Of a DNA stretch of 64,000 nucleotides, positions 46,284 through 55,329 are shown piece by piece (the stretch's first letter is position 1; each line of letters begins with the position of its first letter). Origin of the DNA: Calditrichota bacterium (GTDB taxonomy: Bacteria > Caldisericota > Caldisericia > UBA6126); assembly GCA_036725105.1 (NCBI GenBank), contig DAIMET010000005.1, positions 117 to 64,116 of the forward strand, read 5' to 3'. The translations under genes were made by a program, and so were the position numbers. The notes under the pieces were generated by a model. It ran no database searches. It saw only the letters and a program-made list of their open reading frames with translations, and was not told the origin of the DNA.

Positions 46284-47951
46284 TTACGGGGTTTGAGTTT
46301 GTCCTTCAACTGGCACATCAATAGATTCCATCTGTGATGGGTCAATACCCATCTGTGATGGGTCAATGGTTATGGTTTGACCATCTTCACCTTGAAGTGG
46401 AATAGTCATAGGAGTACCAGAATCACTAGGTGTAGGAGTTAAGTTTTCAGGAATTGGATCAACAGTAAAACTACGAACCCAATTCTTGACAGATTCAAAG
46501 AATCCACCAAATGTTTGATTCCACCATGATGCCATACGGTCCCAGGGGTTGGAATGAGAAATACGAGATTGATCACGAAGATCTTCTAAAAAAGCTTCTC
46601 GTATTTTATTACGTTCTTGGTTTTCCATTGATTGCATTACACGATCTTTAATTTCTTCAAACACAGCAATTTTTGCGGGATACTTTTTGACAATTTTCAC
46701 AATTTCAAATGTTGTTTCGTTTGTTCTGATAGGATCAGAAATTTCTCCCTCTTTTAAAGAACCGAAAACGACTTCGTCTAAAGGAGGATTAGAACCTTTG
46801 TATAAAGGATTAGGAGTAAGTCCCTGATCTGGAACAGCAGAATATGTGGTTGCAATATTCTCAAAAGTCTCTTTGCCAGATCGCATCGTATTAACATAAC
46901 CACTGGCTTTGGTTTGCAATTCATTAATCTCTGTTTCAACAGCCCCTTGTGGTGCTTCAAGAATAATTTTCAAAATATCTGCATGTTCTGGTTCGTTATA
47001 TTGATCTCGATTTCGAGAAATCGATAATACGCGAATAATACTGAAGCCTTTATCGGATTTCACTATTCCTGATACATCGCCCTCAGCTAGTGTTTGAACC
47101 GCTTCCCAAAGTTCGGGTTCTTCTTCATATGCACCTTCTTGAAGGTACATTTTTCCTTCATTAACTTTGGTGGCGTTATCTTCGGAATATTCTGCAACAG
47201 CTTTTTCAAAAGACAGTTCATTATTCACAATTTTGGTTCGTATGTCGGTGATTTGATCTTCTTTTTCTTTTAATGTTGCTTCATCCATTTCAGAATCAGT
47301 AGCAATGAAAATTCTTTGAGCTTCAACGCTTGCGGGAGCATTAAAAAATATTCGTGCATCTTCTTCTGTGATTTTAATTGCATCATATTGATCCGCTAAA
47401 ACTGCATCTTCAAGAAGTGCTGGTTCAATAGACTTTTTAATCTCTTTGCGAAGATTTTCTTCATTGCGCAAAGGTGACTGGCGAATCTGATTTAAAAACT
47501 CTTCTTCAGAAGCATATTGAGAGCGAATGTTTTCAATTTCTTTATCAATTTCTTCATTCAGTTTTTCCTCAGAAATTGTCACAGAATGATCTTTTGCATA
47601 CTGCTCAATTAAAGTTTTATTAACCAGCATCTCCACAACGCTGCTTCTATACTTTTCAACGTTCGCTGATTGCTCCGGATCATCCGGGTTTATGCCTTGC
47701 TGTTGCATTTGGCTTTTAATTGGTTCGAGCAATTCATTAACTTCATTGTTCGTAATCCTTGTTCCGTTAACAACAGCGGTTGTATCTTTCGCTGAATATG
47801 CCCACATACCAAATACAAGTACAACAATAATGATGGTTGTTGGAATCCAAATAAACATATTCCGTATTGCAGATTTTCTTTTTTTATCTACCTTTACGGA
47901 CTTCAAGATTCCTTCTTTGCGAAGTTGTTTAATTTTCTGTTCTCTGCCCAT
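46284..47951 (-). CDS. Membrane-anchored PpiD/SurA-like chaperone with a divergent parvulin domain
   Basis: The ATG at 47951 is 7 nt after GGAGG; the track start at 47957 is TTG. TM segment MFIWIPTTIIIVVLVFGMWAY. The domain order is that of a long helical chaperone. The parvulin-like segment is AQRIFIATD...DVSGIVKSDKGFSIIRV. Confidence 0.7.
   Translation of the reverse strand: MGREQKIKQLRKEGILKSVKVDKKRKSAIRNMFIWIPTTIIIVVLVFGMWAYSAKDTTAVVNGTRITNNEVNELLEPIKSQMQQQGINPDDPEQSANVEKYRSSVVEMLVNKTLIEQYAKDHSVTISEEKLNEEIDKEIENIRSQYASEEEFLNQIRQSPLRNEENLRKEIKKSIEPALLEDAVLADQYDAIKITEEDARIFFNAPASVEAQRIFIATDSEMDEATLKEKEDQITDIRTKIVNNELSFEKAVAEYSEDNATKVNEGKMYLQEGAYEEEPELWEAVQTLAEGDVSGIVKSDKGFSIIRVLSISRNRDQYNEPEHADILKIILEAPQGAVETEINELQTKASGYVNTMRSGKETFENIATTYSAVPDQGLTPNPLYKGSNPPLDEVVFGSLKEGEISDPIRTNETTFEIVKIVKKYPAKIAVFEEIKDRVMQSMENQERNKIREAFLEDLRDQSRISHSNPWDRMASWWNQTFGGFFESVKNWVRSFTVDPIPENLTPTPSDSGTPMTIPLQGEDGQTITIDPSQMGIDPSQMESIDVPVEGQTQTP
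46328..46369 (-). repeat. Perfect 19-nt tandem duplication with 21-nt period, inside the PpiD-like gene
   Basis: CCATCTGTGATGGGTCAAT occurs at 46328..46346 and again at 46349..46367. It encodes IDPSQMGIDPSQM near the C-terminus. Confidence 0.9.
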
Positions 47952-48115
47952 GTACAATCCTCCAAGCTATGATTAAAAGCATAGAATCTATATACTATAC
48001 TTCGTAACGCACGAAAAATTACAAATCATTCTTCAAAAAAATAAGTATATTTTTAACTGGATGAATGTAAAGAATTTATATATACCTAGATACACAAACA
48101 AGGTGGTTTCATTAC

Positions 48116-48712
48116 ATGAACGTAGAAAAAAACATACGAAGAAGCTGGTATCAATGTTGGTGGATGTGGGGCATTGCCATTATCATCTTGGCAAATATTG
48201 CTCTATTCATCATCAGCTATAGCGGTGGTATTGTTCAAACCATTAATCTGTCTTCTTCAGAACAACAAAAACAGATTGCAGCAAACCAAGAATCCCTTGA
48301 GGCATTGGTTCAAAATCCAAACTTGCTCTATATCAACGAACTGGAAAATCATACAAAAAAATGGGCTGAATTGTTTTCTGATCTTCACCGAGTGTTACAA
48401 TCAAAGGGAACTGATGTAGAGATATGGGAAAAAAATATCTATGAAGTTTTGTTCTATATGCAGGCGTTGATTGAAGAGTCTGAGATTATTTCCCCTTCTG
48501 AAGATTTATTGTACATCCACAAAGAATATCAAACTGCTATTGATCATTTTGAGATCATGGTGACAGATCTTCCCAATGCCATCCAAACACAAGACATAGA
48601 AGCCATAGAATCTTGTATGGAAGAGTTACGAAAAGGTGTTACATATTTACAAAAAACCCGAGATTTGATTGCTGCCTATGCAGATCAATCTAGTGAAGAT
48701 AGCGAAAATTAA
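48116..48712 (+). CDS. Hypothetical single-pass membrane protein with a helical ectodomain
   Basis: 198-aa ORF with an AAGGTGG SD. TM segment WMWGIAIIILANIALFIISY. I recognise no motif. Confidence 0.55.
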   Translation: MNVEKNIRRSWYQCWWMWGIAIIILANIALFIISYSGGIVQTINLSSSEQQKQIAANQESLEALVQNPNLLYINELENHTKKWAELFSDLHRVLQSKGTDVEIWEKNIYEVLFYMQALIEESEIISPSEDLLYIHKEYQTAIDHFEIMVTDLPNAIQTQDIEAIESCMEELRKGVTYLQKTRDLIAAYADQSSEDSEN

Positions 48713-48729
48713 CATATGAAGGAGATAGT

Positions 48730-49911
48730 ATGAAGAAGTTTTTAGCTAGTGTCGTTTCTTTTGCTTTACTTTTCTCTGTATGTAGTTTTTTTAAAACGCA
48801 AGCAGAAGAAAAGTTACTCTCTCAAACAAGTTTTATGATATCTGTAGTCAAAGGTACTACAACCTATGTTGAAGTTCCTTTTACCAATTTATTAGATCAG
48901 GAAAGCAAGTATACAGTCTCTGTAACTCGTAAACCTCCTGTAGAAATTGGATTAAAAGTTGAGCTGGATGGTTTTTCTGTACAAGAAAAATATGATGTTG
49001 GACCCTTGCAACCAAAACAATCGACCAAACTGGGTTTCCGCATTCTTTGCTCCGATGGTGCTGATACTGAGAGTATTATCAGTGCAAAGTTATTAGTAGG
49101 TTCTGTTGAGAATTCTCGCTTATCCTCAATTATTAACATTTACATCAAACCCATGGATCAAAAAGTACTGCAGATGCATACTGACAACGCCAATGCAACC
49201 GTAAATGGAGAAAAACTCGTACTGGAAACTCCTCCACTGGTCGTAAATGGCAGAACGATGGTTCCATTTCGATGGATTGGTGAACAGCTAGATGCTGAAG
49301 TATCATTTACCATGTCTGAAGAAACAAAAAAAGTAGACACTGTCTCATATGTAATTGGTAAATCTACAATTACCCTGACAATTGGATCTACTACAGCTCA
49401 AATAAAAGTAGATAGAGATGTATTTGAACAAACTCTAGATGTTCCCCCCTTTATTCAAAACGGAAGAACGCTAGTACCACTTCGATTTGTGTCGGAAACA
49501 TTGGGAGCTCAAGTTAATTGGACTCCTCCAAATACAATTGATATCGAATATCCGAAAGAAGTTCCAATTCGTGAAGATGAATGCGTGACCTTTTGGTCTG
49601 ATATAAAAACAGATGATCTACAAGAAAAAGTAGATGAACAAGCTGAACTTCTAATCTTTGATCTTCGTGATGAAGCTGCGTATAAAAGCGGTCATATCCC
49701 TGGTGCTCTACATGTTGATTTTAACACCTTAACAACCGATTTTCCTGTTGCTAGTGAAGATACAGAATCCATACCCGTAGTCCTGTACTGCAAAACAGGA
49801 ACAAAATCTCGCTTAGCAGCTGAATGGGTTGTCAATGCAGGTTATCAAAATGTTCATTCTCTTCTTCAAGGTTTTCCAAGTTGGCAAGGAGATATTGAAA
49901 AAGCAGAATAA
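48730..49911 (+). CDS. Exported fusion protein: Ig-like module, two copper-amine-oxidase-N-like stalk repeats and a C-terminal rhodanese domain
   Basis: Signal peptide MKKFLASVVSFALLFSVCSFFKTQA. Stalk repeats VVNGRTMVPFRWIGEQLDAEV and IQNGRTLVPLRFVSETLGAQVNW. Rhodanese segment LIFDLRDEAAYKSGHIPGALHV...VVLYCKTGTKSRLAAEWV, with the active-site Cys loop CKTGTKS. Confidence 0.75.
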   Translation: MKKFLASVVSFALLFSVCSFFKTQAEEKLLSQTSFMISVVKGTTTYVEVPFTNLLDQESKYTVSVTRKPPVEIGLKVELDGFSVQEKYDVGPLQPKQSTKLGFRILCSDGADTESIISAKLLVGSVENSRLSSIINIYIKPMDQKVLQMHTDNANATVNGEKLVLETPPLVVNGRTMVPFRWIGEQLDAEVSFTMSEETKKVDTVSYVIGKSTITLTIGSTTAQIKVDRDVFEQTLDVPPFIQNGRTLVPLRFVSETLGAQVNWTPPNTIDIEYPKEVPIREDECVTFWSDIKTDDLQEKVDEQAELLIFDLRDEAAYKSGHIPGALHVDFNTLTTDFPVASEDTESIPVVLYCKTGTKSRLAAEWVVNAGYQNVHSLLQGFPSWQGDIEKAE

Positions 49912-49937
49912 CGGTAACAAAACAGTTACAGTACTTA

Positions 49938-50465
49938 TTATGGAATGATTTCTGGTAAATAATCCCCAGATACAATCCTATAATGAGGCTGATACGCACT
50001 TCGATAAATTTCTGAATGTGTAGGAATGCACAAAGAGTTTTCCTTCACTTCTTCCCAAAGAATCATAAAGTCCTTCTCGATCCAATGAAGGGAAGGACTT
50101 TTTGTTATTTTTAAAAACTCCTGCAACGCAGATTTATATTGAGAAAGATTTTCAGCAAAGGTTTTACTGGTTTCCAAAAAAAACTCCCAGACTAATTCTG
50201 GTTGTACACCTTGCCCTTTTAAGGGTTCAAAGTGTACTCGATAGAGGGGCGTATGCAAGGAGATATCTTCAAAAAGCGGAGTGTTACTTGTAGTGGAGAT
50301 AGTATTTCCCCACTCTTGGAAAAAATACTCTCTTGCTTTCTCCAGGTGATGCAAAGAATGAACTGGACCACGTGTAGCCTGAAAAAGTAACTTGTGAAAA
50401 TCCTCTGCTTGCATCAACGGATACCTATTGTAGTGACGAAGAACTAAATCAATCAGTTTTGCCAT
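49938..50465 (-). CDS. Hypothetical cytoplasmic protein
   Basis: 175-aa ORF. I take the ATG at 50465; the track TTG is at 50468. It starts 4 nt after the upstream gene's stop. I can name no motif. Confidence 0.5.
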   Translation of the reverse strand: MAKLIDLVLRHYNRYPLMQAEDFHKLLFQATRGPVHSLHHLEKAREYFFQEWGNTISTTSNTPLFEDISLHTPLYRVHFEPLKGQGVQPELVWEFFLETSKTFAENLSQYKSALQEFLKITKSPSLHWIEKDFMILWEEVKENSLCIPTHSEIYRSAYQPHYRIVSGDYLPEIIP

Positions 50466-50469
50466 CAAG

Positions 50470-51213
50470 TTATTGAGTTAGTAATTCTTCAACTTTTTCG
50501 GTGTCATTATTGGATTCAGTTTCACGAGTAGATCCATCTACTTCGTTACTACTCTCGTTTTGATACTCTTCTGTCATGATAGATTCATCAGAAAAACTTT
50601 CTTCTGATTTTTCCTGTTCATTTTGAATTCGATCGGTAAAAAAACGATTCACAGTGAAACGAGAGGATTCTAGATAAAATTTCTTTGGAGTCAGAATAAA
50701 AATCCCCAAGCAAACTAAAACAAAACCATAATTTAACTGAGTTCTTATGCTATCGGTCACATATGCATTTTGATAGACAAATTGAAATAGCACCAACCCT
50801 ACAACGAAAAATACAATTCCCAGAACAAGAAGAGAAATACCGCTATTGTTGATTTTTTTTCTAGACGAAATTTTCCCGCAAATGATTTGTCCAACACCAA
50901 ATGCCCCAGGAAATATCAAGGTCCAAGCATACGACCACCAATAGGGATTTTGTAGAAAACTCTGGAGCAGAATCAGAAGTCCTGCCATAATTAGCATTGA
51001 ACCTGTGATAAGGAAAAATGGTCGTCCACCGTCGCTAAACATGCTCCCCATTTGTATTAGGGTTAAACCAAGAACAATGGGTAGTAAAGGCCAAAAATAA
51101 GACCATAAAGGCATTTGAGGAAATAGATTCTGCAAGAGAAAAAACACTCCCGCTACAATCACTATAATCCCCAGAAATAGATTGAATCGATCGGTATTTC
51201 TTTTTTTCTGCAT
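50470..51213 (-). CDS. Polytopic membrane protein with an acidic C-terminal tail (LiaF-like TM region possible)
   Basis: The ATG at 51213 is preceded by AGGAGG. The track start at 51300 would overlap corA by 76 nt. It has about 6 TM helices, then EQEKSEESFSDESIMTEEYQNESSNEVD. Confidence 0.6.
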   Translation of the reverse strand: MQKKRNTDRFNLFLGIIVIVAGVFFLLQNLFPQMPLWSYFWPLLPIVLGLTLIQMGSMFSDGGRPFFLITGSMLIMAGLLILLQSFLQNPYWWSYAWTLIFPGAFGVGQIICGKISSRKKINNSGISLLVLGIVFFVVGLVLFQFVYQNAYVTDSIRTQLNYGFVLVCLGIFILTPKKFYLESSRFTVNRFFTDRIQNEQEKSEESFSDESIMTEEYQNESSNEVDGSTRETESNNDTEKVEELLTQ

Positions 51214-51224
51214 ATCTGTTCCTC

Positions 51225-52211
51225 CTATAAAAGGTTTTTCTTTCTTAAGATAATGATTAAAACAGCGGTAAGCATAAGCATAAACATCATTGTCATCCAA
51301 AAAACACTTAGTGGTTTGGAATCAAAAGGAAATGCAACATTCATGCCCAATATGCTGGCAATCAGCGTAGGTATTGAAACAATTAAAGTGATGCTGGTTA
51401 GAAATTTCATAACCATATTCAAGTTGTTAGAAATCATGGAGCTAAAAATATTTCCCATACTTTCAAGAATTCGCCCGTAAATTTCAGCCATTTCAATAGC
51501 TTGTTTGTTTTCAGTTTGAACATCTTCCAATAGTTCCTGATCTTCTTCATACATAGCAAGAAATTTTCTTCCCTCATGAAGAGTTGGATCATTGGTATAC
51601 CCAAACTGTGAACTACGAAGTCGTCCTACCGTGGCTTCATTAGAACGTAGAGAAGTTGAAAAATAGGTGATACTTTTTTGGAGATTCAATAGTTGGGTAA
51701 GTTTCCTGTTTTCAGTTGCTTTATGCATGGCAATTTCTAGTTGGTCAGTTTGTTGATCAATCCGACGTAAATATCGAATATATACTTGCGATGTTTTATA
51801 CAATAGTTGTAGCAAAAATCGTGTTCTTTTAAACGTATGGATTTTTGGTTTCCCATTTTCCAATTCAGAAGTAATAGAGTTATCCTGAAGACATACAGTG
51901 ATGATCTTGTCCTTCAAAATAATGATGCCTAACGGGATAGTATCAAAAAAACGTTCGTTTTTCATGTTTTCATCATAAATGGGGATGTCAATGATAACAA
52001 TCATTTGATCATCCTCAATTTCAATTCGGGATCCTTCTTCCATATCCAGTGCAGCACGGAGAAAATCCATATTAGCTCCTGTGGCTTCAGAACATGTCGT
52101 AAGCTCATCAAAAGTTGGCCGAATACAATGAATCCAGATATTCTTCATTGTTAAGTCTGAAACCAGAGTAGTTTGCATTGTTTCCTGATCTGAATAGTAA
52201 GCTCTAATCAT
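51225..52211 (-). CDS. corA: CorA-family magnesium/cobalt transporter
   Basis: C-terminal two-TM region with ILGMNVAFPF (the GMN motif). I prefer the ATG at 52211; the track start at 52274 is GTG. The start is uncertain. Confidence 0.85.
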   Translation of the reverse strand: MIRAYYSDQETMQTTLVSDLTMKNIWIHCIRPTFDELTTCSEATGANMDFLRAALDMEEGSRIEIEDDQMIVIIDIPIYDENMKNERFFDTIPLGIIILKDKIITVCLQDNSITSELENGKPKIHTFKRTRFLLQLLYKTSQVYIRYLRRIDQQTDQLEIAMHKATENRKLTQLLNLQKSITYFSTSLRSNEATVGRLRSSQFGYTNDPTLHEGRKFLAMYEEDQELLEDVQTENKQAIEMAEIYGRILESMGNIFSSMISNNLNMVMKFLTSITLIVSIPTLIASILGMNVAFPFDSKPLSVFWMTMMFMLMLTAVLIIILRKKNLL

Positions 52212-52302
52212 GATTTCTCTTTTCTTCGTACTGATAGAATGCAATACTTCATTTGTATATACTATAATAAACACAAATGTTTATTTAAAAAGAGGCAAAC
52301 AT

Positions 52303-53619
52303 ATGAAAAATACGGGAAACATCCTCATTCGAAATGGGTATGTTTTTGTAAATTCTTTGGAGGGATTTCAAAAACTTGATGTTCGTATTCAGGATGGCAT
52401 GATTGTAGAAATATCAGATTCAATCCCCAATACGAATGACAAAGAAATCGATGCAAACAATCAATTTGTTGTTCCAGGCTTTATAGATATCCATTGTCAT
52501 TTGCGCCAACCCGGTCAAACTCACAAAGAAGATATTACAACCGGAACGCGATCTGCAGCTGCTGGAGGATATACTACCGTTGTAGCAATGGCAAATACCA
52601 CTCCTGTCATTGACTCCGTAGAAAAATGGAAAAACCTATTTGACATCATTCAGCACAAAAGCTCCATTGAAGTTATTCAAGCTGGATCTATTACATCAGG
52701 ATTGGCAGGTAATGAATTATCCAGCCTATTTTTACACAATCACTCTACTCCACCATTCAATCGAACCATTGATGCACCGTTTGTATTCTCTGATGATGGG
52801 GTGGGAATCAATTATCCACCTTTGTTTCGAAAAGCCATTCAACATGCAAAAAAAGAAAATTACGTTTGTATCTTGCATGAAGAAGATACAAGCATTTCAT
52901 CCAATGGTGTAATCCATTATGGAGATGCTTCACCAGAATTAGCATTTCCCGGTATCCCTTCTTCATCTGAATCCACATGCGTTGCAAGAGATTTATTGAT
53001 TTGCCATGAGGAAGAGTATTCTCCTCATTTCACTCATTTATCCTCTAAACAATCTATAGATGTTCTGATGGGACTTTCTGATGCTTCTTACCGTTTCACA
53101 GCAGATACTACCCCTCATCATTTATACTTCTCAGAAAAGAATATTGACCTAACCAACACCAACTTTAAAATGAATCCTCCCATTCGCTCGGAAGTAGATC
53201 AGAAAGCACTGAAAGAAGGTGTGCGAAGTGGGATTATCCGGTGTATTGGAACTGACCATGCTCCCCATAGTGCCTCTGAGAAAAATACAGATTTTTGCAA
53301 TGCTCCTTTTGGCATCATTGGGTTCGAAACTGCATTTGCAGCTAGTTATACTGCTCTGGTTTCTCCAGGTTGGATATCTTTTCCTCAACTCATTCAACTG
53401 TTTACCAATGGACCAAATTCTATTCTAAAACTCCAAAATCATGGCCAGATCCAATGTGGCAATCTTGGAAACCTTACAATAGTCGATGAGCAAGAATACG
53501 TTGTTTCGTCTAAGTTCTTCTCAAAAAGTAGCAATTCTCCTTTTGTTGGGGAAAAACTCAAAGGTAGAATTCGTTCCACAATTTTTCAAGGAAAGGTTGT
53601 GTATAGTGATCAAAACTAA
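52303..53619 (+). CDS. pyrC: Dihydroorotase
   Basis: PGFIDIHCHLRQPG and TDHAPH. The ATG at 52303 has an AAAGAGG SD; the track start at 52210 would overlap corA. Confidence 0.9.
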   Translation: MKNTGNILIRNGYVFVNSLEGFQKLDVRIQDGMIVEISDSIPNTNDKEIDANNQFVVPGFIDIHCHLRQPGQTHKEDITTGTRSAAAGGYTTVVAMANTTPVIDSVEKWKNLFDIIQHKSSIEVIQAGSITSGLAGNELSSLFLHNHSTPPFNRTIDAPFVFSDDGVGINYPPLFRKAIQHAKKENYVCILHEEDTSISSNGVIHYGDASPELAFPGIPSSSESTCVARDLLICHEEEYSPHFTHLSSKQSIDVLMGLSDASYRFTADTTPHHLYFSEKNIDLTNTNFKMNPPIRSEVDQKALKEGVRSGIIRCIGTDHAPHSASEKNTDFCNAPFGIIGFETAFAASYTALVSPGWISFPQLIQLFTNGPNSILKLQNHGQIQCGNLGNLTIVDEQEYVVSSKFFSKSSNSPFVGEKLKGRIRSTIFQGKVVYSDQN

Positions 53620-54385
53620 TGGTGAAATTATTGAGCATAGATGCATTGCAAAGAATATTTTTTTCTTATCTCTACGGTATGCCCAATCAGGTCTAACAAT
53701 ACAACCAGGACAATTTATCCAGCTTTCATGTCCCGGTAAACATTCCACACTATTGAAAAGACCTTTTAGCATTTTTAATGCCTCTCCAGATACTGTTTCT
53801 GTTGTTTACAAAGTTGTTGGAAAAGGGACTACTAATTTGTCTGAAAAAAAAGTTGGGGATTCCCTGGAAATGCTTCTTCCTTGCGGTAATCCCTTTTCCC
53901 TTCCTCAAGAGAAGGGACTCAATGTGCTGATTGGTGGAGGTTTAGGGATTGCTCCCTTGCACTTCTTAACAAAATATTACCCCAATACCCCCTTTGAGTT
54001 GTGGTATGGAACATCCTATGAAGAAGAATGGATTCCTGCAAATCTATTTCATAGAAAAGGTATTGATTTGCATTTTCATGCGGATTATTGCAATTCCAAT
54101 GATTCTCTTCAGTTTAGCGAAAACTTATTACAGAAATATCAAAGAGAATCCACCACTTCTCCTTTGAAAATCTATTGCTGTGGTCCTACAAAGCTTATGC
54201 AAAACGTAACAAAACACTGCGCTGAACATCATATTTCTATTGAAGTATCTCTTGAGTCTAGAATGGCCTGCGGTTTTGGCATCTGCCTTGGATGTTCTTT
54301 TCAAACCAAAGAAGGTATGAAGACGGTATGCAAAGATGGTCCCACATTTGACGGTTCGAGTGTTGTATGGGAGAGTCTATCATGA
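53606..54385 (+). CDS. pyrK: Dihydroorotate dehydrogenase electron-transfer subunit
   Basis: GTG at 53606, 9 nt after GGAAAGG. It has PGQFIQL, RPFSI and the C-terminal 2Fe-2S motif CGFGICLGCSF...VCKDGP. The track start at 53486 lies deep inside pyrC. Confidence 0.85.
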   Translation: MIKTNGEIIEHRCIAKNIFFLSLRYAQSGLTIQPGQFIQLSCPGKHSTLLKRPFSIFNASPDTVSVVYKVVGKGTTNLSEKKVGDSLEMLLPCGNPFSLPQEKGLNVLIGGGLGIAPLHFLTKYYPNTPFELWYGTSYEEEWIPANLFHRKGIDLHFHADYCNSNDSLQFSENLLQKYQRESTTSPLKIYCCGPTKLMQNVTKHCAEHHISIEVSLESRMACGFGICLGCSFQTKEGMKTVCKDGPTFDGSSVVWESLS

Positions 54386-55314
54386 GGAATAACTGCATGC
54401 AGGTCACCCTTCAATCTCCAGGCCATATGATTCAACTGAAAAATCCCATTATTCCGGCATCAGGCACTTTCGGAGATGGCTCCATCGTTAATTCTCTATA
54501 CGATGTCAATCAATTGGGGGCATTGTTAACCAAAAGTATCACTCTTCACCCCAGGCAAGGAAATCCTTCTCCAAGAATATATGAAACTCCTGGGGGGATT
54601 TTAAACTCCGTTGGGTTAGAAAACAAAGGAGTGAAATGGTTTCTGGAAGAAGTAATGCCTTTTGTCTTATCACTCCATACTTCAAAATGGATTAGTATTG
54701 CTGGCTTTACAGTTGATGACTTTGTTGATTTAACTCATGCCATCAATCCATACGAAGTGGATGCAATTGAAGTAAATGTGTCATGTCCCAATATTCATAA
54801 AAATGGGATTCAGTTTTGCCAAAATAAAGATGTGCTGCAGGATACCCTTCATCGAGTCCGAAAAGCTACAGATCACTTCTTGATTGCCAAAATTGCTCTA
54901 GAAACAAACTCTCTTTCCGAAATATTGGAAGTAATTCAACAAGAAGGCTTTGATGCAGTTTGCATTGGTAATACAATTCGAGGCATTGCCATTGATCCCA
55001 TCAGCAGGAAGCCTTTCTTTCGTCAGATCTTTGCAGGATTATCCGGTCCTGCCATCAAACCCATTGCACTGCGGGTTGTTTGGGAAGCATTCTCTTCCCA
55101 CCCGACATTACCAATCATAGGTTGTGGTGGTATACAATGTGCTTCTGATGTAATCGAATTCATTTGTGCAGGTGCATCTGCCGTAGAGGTTGGAACAATG
55201 AACTTGGTAGATCCTTTTATACTCCCCGCCATTATTCAAGATATTAGCACATACTGCACCACCCATGATGTAACACTTTCTTCTATCATAGGATCATCTC
55301 ACCGTTCCCTTTAA
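54382..55314 (+). CDS. pyrD: Dihydroorotate dehydrogenase (class 1B) catalytic subunit
   Basis: LKNPIIPASGTFG, NVSCPN and GGIQCASDVIEFICAGASAVEVGT. The ATG at 54382 forms an ATGA overlap with the pyrK stop. Confidence 0.9.
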   Translation: MRNNCMQVTLQSPGHMIQLKNPIIPASGTFGDGSIVNSLYDVNQLGALLTKSITLHPRQGNPSPRIYETPGGILNSVGLENKGVKWFLEEVMPFVLSLHTSKWISIAGFTVDDFVDLTHAINPYEVDAIEVNVSCPNIHKNGIQFCQNKDVLQDTLHRVRKATDHFLIAKIALETNSLSEILEVIQQEGFDAVCIGNTIRGIAIDPISRKPFFRQIFAGLSGPAIKPIALRVVWEAFSSHPTLPIIGCGGIQCASDVIEFICAGASAVEVGTMNLVDPFILPAIIQDISTYCTTHDVTLSSIIGSSHRSL

Positions 55315-55329
55315 AAGTAGGAGGACACG

